DNA from: Escherichia phage MatMar
Sequence record: OR896829.1
Strand: one strand, 5' to 3'
Length of the DNA: 50,761 bases
This document shows positions 45,895-50,761 of the stretch, in pieces. The notes beneath the pieces were generated by a model. It was given only the letters and a program-made list of their open reading frames with translations. It ran no database searches and was not told the DNA's origin. The position numbers and the translations under genes were made by a program. How positions within the stretch are numbered: position 1 is the first letter of the stretch; each line of letters opens with the position of its first letter.

Positions 45895-46481
45895 AAAGAG
45901 ACATCATTATCCTGAATGGGCCACCTGGAGTGGGAAAGGACACCATTGCGGCATACCTTACCGGACACCGATACCCAGCAGTTAAGGCATCATTCAAACA
46001 GCCAATGTTCGATATTGCGTTCTCCATGCTTGGTGTGTACAGATACGATGAATTTATGGACTTGTACAACGACCGGGAACAGAAAGAAAAGCCTCAAGTG
46101 ATATTGCAGGGAAAATCACCGCGCCAGTTCATGATCTGGATTAGCGAGGAGGTAATGAAGCCAGCATTTGGGGAACAGTATTTCGGCTGGAGAATGGTTG
46201 AGCAGATCCACGAAATGTACCGCGACCTTGCAATTATCGTAACAGACGGCGGCTTTCCAGAAGAAATCAAGCCACTGATTAAAGCAGGTCACAAAGTGCA
46301 CATTTGCCGACTGCATCGCGAGGGGTACACGTTCGATGGCGACTCGCGAAACTATATCGACATGGGCGACTATCATCACCGCCTCAAGCATTACGATTTC
46401 ACGTTGCACGATGGCGAGCCAGAAAAGACGGCAGAGGAAATCATCGAAACCGTGCAGTGGTATTTCACAAAAATCAAATAG
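45891..46481 (+). CDS. P-loop kinase (nucleotide or polynucleotide kinase-like)
   Basis: 196 aa; Walker A GPPGVGKDT at residues 9-17. Confidence 0.45.
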   Translation: MKRDIIILNGPPGVGKDTIAAYLTGHRYPAVKASFKQPMFDIAFSMLGVYRYDEFMDLYNDREQKEKPQVILQGKSPRQFMIWISEEVMKPAFGEQYFGWRMVEQIHEMYRDLAIIVTDGGFPEEIKPLIKAGHKVHICRLHREGYTFDGDSRNYIDMGDYHHRLKHYDFTLHDGEPEKTAEEIIETVQWYFTKIK

Positions 46482-46521
46482 CACGAATTGCTAAACGCGG
46501 GGCGCAATGCTCCGCTATAAT
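46476..46521 (+). promoter_or_regulatory. AAATAGCAC module (GAATTG variant), TATAAT at N22
   Basis: aaatagcacgaattgctaaac gcggggcgcaatgctccgc tataat. Confidence 0.5.
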
Positions 46522-46552
46522 TTACCCAGTTCAGTAAACATAGGAATCAACA

Positions 46553-46954
46553 ATGTTAGAGCTAAGCAATATCCGCACCGGAACAAAATTTCGCGTAACC
46601 TGGGCAGACGAAAAATGCGGCCTTCGTCGTGGTGAGATTGTAACCGCCCAATCCCGTTACATCGGCAGACTGGAGAACTACAAGCGCCCACGCATTAAAT
46701 TCGGCTACATCATCACCGATAGCCTGGGATTCGACAATTACGTGATCAAGTCCAGCACCGGAATCATCGCAGACCTTAAGCGAATCCGTAATCATCGCGG
46801 CTGCCACGTAAAGACCATGAAAACGCCATTCCAGAATGCCAGATACGATGCGCGACGTATGCGCCGACTTGCTCGCAACGCCTGTAAGTTCAAGAAGACT
46901 GGCGATGATTTTTACAAAACCTACCAGGGGATCGCGCGCAATGCTGGCAAATAA
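46553..46954 (+). CDS. hypothetical basic protein
   Basis: 133 aa ORF. Confidence 0.45.
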   Translation: MLELSNIRTGTKFRVTWADEKCGLRRGEIVTAQSRYIGRLENYKRPRIKFGYIITDSLGFDNYVIKSSTGIIADLKRIRNHRGCHVKTMKTPFQNARYDARRMRRLARNACKFKKTGDDFYKTYQGIARNAGK

Positions 46955-47053
46955 AGTCGATTCGACTAATCCAAAGCCGCCATTTGATTTTCATAAGGCG
47001 ATGGCTGTGATACTATTCGTTCTGTTAATTTTTCACTGTTTGAGGTTTGGATT

Positions 47054-47305
47054 ATGGTTATCAATGCACTAAAGCGGCTTGTTCGTCCAGAATACCGGAT
47101 CGTGTGTTGCACTGAATGCAAGGTTTACTATCTGCAACGTCGTAGCACCTGGCGCGGTCGCTGGGAATATCTGACAGAGGATTCATTCGGCCTGTTCGCT
47201 ATGGAGTTTGCCCGATACAGTTCGGCGGCAATGTATGCGAAAACAGCGCACCGATTCCGCAAATCACGCCTTCGTTTGCTTGTTGTTAATAAGTGCGATG
47301 TATAG
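47054..47305 (+). CDS. hypothetical protein
   Basis: 83 aa; GAGGT RBS. Confidence 0.4.
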   Translation: MVINALKRLVRPEYRIVCCTECKVYYLQRRSTWRGRWEYLTEDSFGLFAMEFARYSSAAMYAKTAHRFRKSRLRLLVVNKCDV

Positions 47306-47313
47306 GATCACGA

Positions 47314-47493
47314 ATGAAGATAGCAATTATCACTTTTATTGCCCTTATCGCTGGTTGCTACCTTGCTTATAATTATAGCGGCATTGTTGAGTCAATCGGC
47401 GGGTTGATTATCTTCATGGCTGGCGGTTATGCTGGCTATTGTGACGGATTCGAAAACGGAAAGCGTTATGTGCTGACCGGAAAGAAAAAGTAA
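47314..47493 (+). CDS. small membrane or lipoprotein-like protein
   Basis: 59 aa from ATG 47314; hydrophobic N-terminus with LIAGC. Confidence 0.35.
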   Translation: MKIAIITFIALIAGCYLAYNYSGIVESIGGLIIFMAGGYAGYCDGFENGKRYVLTGKKK

Positions 47494-47531
47494 AACACGC
47501 GCCGCCGCAAGGTGGCGTTTTCTATAGGAGA

Positions 47532-47828
47532 ATGAAAATGGCAACTATGCGCAAAATGCTTATCAATGGCTTTGAAAGAGAAATTCGCCGTCGAGGCTGG
47601 GATGATTCTAAAAATTCACCTTACACTATCAATCGCGGAGAGTATAAATCAGTTCGACATTTTGCACGATGCCTGGCTGGATGCTACGACCTTGAGCACC
47701 CTTTCCCGTTCATGAACGAAACGCTAACCGAAATGATGGAAGAGGCCGCAACTCAAGATCGCCCACTGACGCAACATGATTTTGATGAGTTTGCGCACTG
47801 GGAAATCGAATGTGCGCTATATAAATAG
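47532..47828 (+). CDS. hypothetical protein
   Basis: 98 aa; alternative ATG at 47538 has better RBS spacing. Confidence 0.45.
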   Translation: MKMATMRKMLINGFEREIRRRGWDDSKNSPYTINRGEYKSVRHFARCLAGCYDLEHPFPFMNETLTEMMEEAATQDRPLTQHDFDEFAHWEIECALYK

Positions 47829-47868
47829 CACTTTTTGTTAAAACCAGCTTCGGCTGGTTTTGTATTAT
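47823..47868 (+). promoter_or_regulatory. AAATAGCAC module, hairpin spacer, TATTAT at N22
   Basis: aaatagcactttttgttaaaac cagcttcggctggttttg tattat atgcgcatcg. Confidence 0.5.
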
Positions 47869-47898
47869 ATGCGCATCGACAACAGAGGAGGCCGGAAC

Positions 47899-48084
47899 AT
47901 GGCAACGCTGACAGTTAAAACAAAATTTTCCGTTATGAAGTTCGAATGTGAGCAATACAATTACAAGAAAGGTGGCAGCTTCGGAACGCTGGTTACATAC
48001 GACAAAGAAGGTCGACAACTTGAAGTGGTGACAATAGGTAATGCGCTAGGCGGCGAGAATCCACAATTTCAGTTTGAGGGATAA
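47899..48084 (+). CDS. hypothetical protein
   Basis: 61 aa from ATG 47899 with GAGGAGG RBS. Confidence 0.4.
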   Translation: MATLTVKTKFSVMKFECEQYNYKKGGSFGTLVTYDKEGRQLEVVTIGNALGGENPQFQFEG

Positions 48085-48336
48085 GTGATGAAAGATAAAA
48101 GTTTTGTAGGCCATGTTCGCGTTAAGTTAATCAATGTTGACTATCGTCCAGATCCAGAATCACCCACATTGCGCGAGTGGGCTGGATTCGAAAATGGAAA
48201 GGAAATGGTAGTAGAGCTTTACAAAGACGGTGAGATGTGGGCTATGGCTGGCGTTAACCGTAGCGGCGAATTTGGCGAAGTGAAGGAAACAGATTGGTTT
48301 AGTTTGACAAACGAAGAAGCGGAGATTATCGAATGA
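48085..48336 (+). CDS. hypothetical protein
   Basis: 83 aa ORF. Confidence 0.4.
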   Translation: MMKDKSFVGHVRVKLINVDYRPDPESPTLREWAGFENGKEMVVELYKDGEMWAMAGVNRSGEFGEVKETDWFSLTNEEAEIIE

Positions 48337-48641
48337 TTACGATCAACCTTTCAGAAGAGCAAGCGCGAATTATGTTAGCGGCCTTTGGTTGGCGAGATGA
48401 TAACGGTATTCAGGCAACGGTTAAAATTCCTGAGTCTGTAGCGCGTGAAGTTTTTAACCAGCTTGAACACGCATTTGTTCCCGCTGGTTCTGATCAGGCA
48501 GAAACAGCGGCATGGTTTGGTGAGAATGGCTACCGAGATCAGCAGATTGAGGACTGGAAGCGAAAGAATGAAAGCATGGAGTCGGCATTTGCTGATTACG
48601 TTCAATCAGTTGCAAATCATGTATCGGAGAAATACAAATGA
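48333..48641 (+). CDS. hypothetical protein
   Basis: 102 aa; ATGA overlap. Confidence 0.4.
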   Translation: MITINLSEEQARIMLAAFGWRDDNGIQATVKIPESVAREVFNQLEHAFVPAGSDQAETAAWFGENGYRDQQIEDWKRKNESMESAFADYVQSVANHVSEKYK

Positions 48642-48952
48642 TTTACATTCACTACTACCAAATCGGAACAAACGAGAACAAAAAAGAGCATCGCTTCATT
48701 CATGATGATTTTGACAAGGCAAAGGCGCAGCAACAGGTTTTAGGCGGTGTCATTCAGGCTTTTGAGCCTGTAGAAGATATTGAGCACCGCGATCATTTAA
48801 AAGATATTGTCATTGATGAGATCTCTTGCTTGATTGACGATATGACAAATCACGGCCCTGGTTCCCCGTGGGAAGATGCAGGATCTGTAACGTGGGACAA
48901 GGCAAAAGTTAAGACGCTAAACAACTTTCGGGAGATTCTCGACGGTTTTTAA
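48638..48952 (+). CDS. hypothetical protein
   Basis: 104 aa; ATGA overlap. Confidence 0.4.
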   Translation: MIYIHYYQIGTNENKKEHRFIHDDFDKAKAQQQVLGGVIQAFEPVEDIEHRDHLKDIVIDEISCLIDDMTNHGPGSPWEDAGSVTWDKAKVKTLNNFREILDGF

Positions 48953-49022
48953 TTAAAAACACATAGCCGCTAGAGCGCCTCAATAGCATTCTAACGAGCT
49001 ATTTTTTAAGTAAGGTGATTTT

Positions 49023-49151
49023 ATGGGTGAGTACAAGCAGCCTTCGCAGTGGTGCAAAGAGAAGCAGGAGGAAGCACTGGAGCGCGGAGATGTAGAAGAA
49101 GCTATGAACTATTTCAAACTTGCGGAAGAATGGAAGGGGAGAGGATACTGA
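49023..49151 (+). CDS. hypothetical small protein (42 aa)
   Basis: stop overlaps start of next gene (TGATG); not in ORF track. Confidence 0.3.
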   Translation: MGEYKQPSQWCKEKQEEALERGDVEEAMNYFKLAEEWKGRGY

Positions 49152-49381
49152 TGTTCGGCATGAATGAGGCGCAATTCAACGCAGCTAAACGCCAGGCTAA
49201 AAAGTGCGGCGAGGCGATGAAAGCGGATGTAGAAAAGCGCGGGAAGTATGTTGATGAAGTAATGAAGAGCATCATTGCAGAGCACTACCAACCAATCGCG
49301 CCAATGTTGACGATCACGCAATTTATCTGGCTGTGCGGTTACTTGCGCGGGCGGTGGGGTAATGCTTTCGACCGCGAATGA
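49151..49381 (+). CDS. hypothetical protein
   Basis: 76 aa from ATG 49151 with GGAGAGGA RBS. Confidence 0.4.
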   Translation: MFGMNEAQFNAAKRQAKKCGEAMKADVEKRGKYVDEVMKSIIAEHYQPIAPMLTITQFIWLCGYLRGRWGNAFDRE

Positions 49382-49512
49382 TTGACAACGTTGTCATGAT
49401 TGGATAGCATCAATCCCGTAAACGTAAGAGCGGCCTTGCTGCCGAACGCGTGACGCGATAGTCACAAACAACGGCGCTATGCTGGGACACTGTAAGACGT
49501 AGCGCCTTTTTT
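49382..49512 (+). ncRNA. candidate small RNA unit: promoter-like box with palindrome, about 95 nt, terminator
   Basis: TTGACA N17 TAGCAT where TGACAACGTTGTCA (49383-49396) is a perfect 14-bp palindrome; hairpins gtgac gcgata gtcac and ggcgcta N20 tagcgcc followed by tttttt; no ORF. Confidence 0.3.
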
Positions 49513-49526
49513 ACGGAGCAAATAAA

Positions 49527-49760
49527 ATGCAAAAGTTCAAACTTACAATTGCCTTTCGCGATGAGGTCATTCATCCTTTCTACGGTAGCTTTGATAAATG
49601 CTTTACGGTAGAAGTCACAGAAAATCAGCTTAATGGTGATGATACGTGTATTTCTATCGGTGATGTTGCCTACCCGATTCATAATATTACTTGCATTAAG
49701 CGTGAGGTTATCGCCAGTGATTTACAAGGTGAAACTAACGATTCGACGGATGGGGCGTAA
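49527..49760 (+). CDS. hypothetical protein
   Basis: 77 aa; GGAG RBS. Confidence 0.45.
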   Translation: MQKFKLTIAFRDEVIHPFYGSFDKCFTVEVTENQLNGDDTCISIGDVAYPIHNITCIKREVIASDLQGETNDSTDGA

Positions 49761-49902
49761 TTGCTCATCTTGCAAACAAGATTTTGAATGTGAGGTTGCG
49801 GCCTTTAATGCAGAGCACGCCGTTAACCTTGCAAAACGCCTTTCAGGGGCGAATCCTGAAACACATCAATTTTCCATTAACTTTGTAAAGGAAATATCAT
49901 GA
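49750..49902 (+). CDS. hypothetical small Cys-containing protein (50 aa)
   Basis: ATG 49750 overlapping upstream stop; weak RBS. Confidence 0.3.
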   Translation: MGRNCSSCKQDFECEVAAFNAEHAVNLAKRLSGANPETHQFSINFVKEIS

Positions 49903-50141
49903 GCGCGTTACTATTTGTTTTAAGTTATATCCTCACATTTATTGCTGGCTCATTTGCATGGGGATTCCTGACGTCAGTCGCAATAGCTCATCTTGCACGC
50001 AAAGGCAAGGCGGCGTTTGCCATTTACTCAAGCAAGGATGAGAAATGGAATGTTCGCGGTCGATACCTGCGGATCGGACAGGAAATTCACAAGCACATCA
50101 AAGCAATGGACGGAAAAGTGGAATACAAATTGCTTGAGTGA
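49899..50141 (+). CDS. small membrane protein
   Basis: 80 aa; hydrophobic N-terminal helix LLFVLSYILTFIAGSFAWGFL. Confidence 0.4.
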   Translation: MSALLFVLSYILTFIAGSFAWGFLTSVAIAHLARKGKAAFAIYSSKDEKWNVRGRYLRIGQEIHKHIKAMDGKVEYKLLE

Positions 50142-50148
50142 CGAAAAA

Positions 50149-50176
50149 CAGCCCGCCTTTATGGCGGGTTTTTTAT
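50149..50176 (+). terminator. rho-independent terminator-like hairpin
   Basis: cagcccgcc tttat ggcgggtt followed by ttttatt; then extended -10 TGcTATAAT. Confidence 0.55.
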
Positions 50177-50227
50177 TGCCTGTCATTTGCTATAATGATG
50201 CCCTGTTATCAAAAAGGAGAAATGATT

Positions 50228-50749
50228 ATGGCACGCAATCCTGAGCCAGTAGTGAAGGTTCAAAACTTCAAAGAACTATATAACAAGAAATACGGAGATA
50301 TTGTCACCGTGCAGGCCAGCAGCCGCTACACGCCGGAACAGATTTTCGATCTGGCTGTGCGTTACTTTACGTGGGCAGAACAAAACCACATCCAGGCGGC
50401 AGAAACGGCATCTTTCCAGGGTGATGTGTATGAAAGCAAAGTGCATAAGCCGCGAGTGTTTACGCTGACCGGATTTTCTTTGTTTTCCGGTATCTCTGAC
50501 AGCAACATCCAGAGACTGCGAAAACTCCCAGGTTACAGTGATGTTATGGCGTTTATTGATTCCGTTGTATTTGAGCAAAAATTCCAGCTTGCCGCCCACA
50601 ACATGATCAACCCTGGCTTAATCGGCAAAGAGATCGGAATAGACAAGCCAGCAAGCATCAACGTTGAGGCCACGGCTGATTCCAGCATCGAATCCGTGAC
50701 GGCTGAGGAAGTGCGCGAGGCTGTACGCGATATTCTGGATAATATCTAA
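50228..50749 (+). CDS. terminase small subunit (putative)
   Basis: 173 aa from ATG 50228 with AGGAGA RBS; immediately upstream of terL if the window is circularly joined. Confidence 0.5.
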   Translation: MARNPEPVVKVQNFKELYNKKYGDIVTVQASSRYTPEQIFDLAVRYFTWAEQNHIQAAETASFQGDVYESKVHKPRVFTLTGFSLFSGISDSNIQRLRKLPGYSDVMAFIDSVVFEQKFQLAAHNMINPGLIGKEIGIDKPASINVEATADSSIESVTAEEVREAVRDILDNI

Positions 50750-50761
50750 TGGTGGTGTTTT

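Noticed and set aside
46836-47072. 78-aa ORF 46836..47072 overlapping the 3' end of 46553..46954
   Set aside because: Most of it is an alternative frame of a supported gene; only the last 43 codons (from ATG about 46941) are non-overlapping and the RBS is weak, so not annotated.
28288-47868. CRISPR array as explanation for the repeated 22-bp element
   Set aside because: Copies are separated by whole genes (200-2000 bp) of variable length, occur on both strands, and are tied to stop codons and -10-like boxes; there is no regular repeat-spacer pattern.

Overview
The window reads as a complete or near-complete genome of a virulent tailed phage of about 50.8 kb, linearised between the small- and large-terminase genes (terS stop at 50749, terL ATG at 1). 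By gene content and order it resembles T1-like siphoviruses; this is inference from protein motifs read by eye, not from a database search. Layout: 1-19.7 kb head and lambda-like tail module on the + strand (terL, portal, MuF-like, scaffold-like, two decoration-like paralogs, capsid, connectors, tail tube, G/GT chaperone with a -1 slippery site, tape measure, M-L-K-I-J); 19.7-20.9 kb a leftward 3-gene lipoprotein operon; 21.4-23.7 kb exonuclease, annealing protein and SSB; 23.7-26.7 kb leftward side tail fibre genes; 26.8-34.9 kb primase, HTH protein, helicase, VRR-NUC, Dam-like methylase, HTH-metallophosphoesterase fusion and a holin / SAR-endolysin / u-spanin lysis cassette; 34.9-41.0 kb a leftward operon of small genes including a C5-methyltransferase-like protein and a 527-aa P-loop protein; 41.7-50.7 kb a rightward operon of small genes ending in terS. 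No integrase, CI-like repressor, DNA polymerase, tRNA or CRISPR array was found. The most interesting signal is non-coding: a 22-bp element (consensus AAATAGCACTTTTTGTTAAAAC) present in at least 18 copies, usually overlapping the upstream stop codon and, in the early regions, followed at a fixed 21-22 bp by a TATAAT-like box and an ACAC(A/G)CATCG box. I interpret this as a phage-specific promoter or combined terminator-promoter module, function unproven. Other leads are two homologous AT/GT-rich upstream blocks, GCGAAC iterons, and two candidate non-coding RNA loci. Start codons were adjusted by eye where the ORF track began at GTG/TTG; small-feature coordinates may be off by 1-2 bp.
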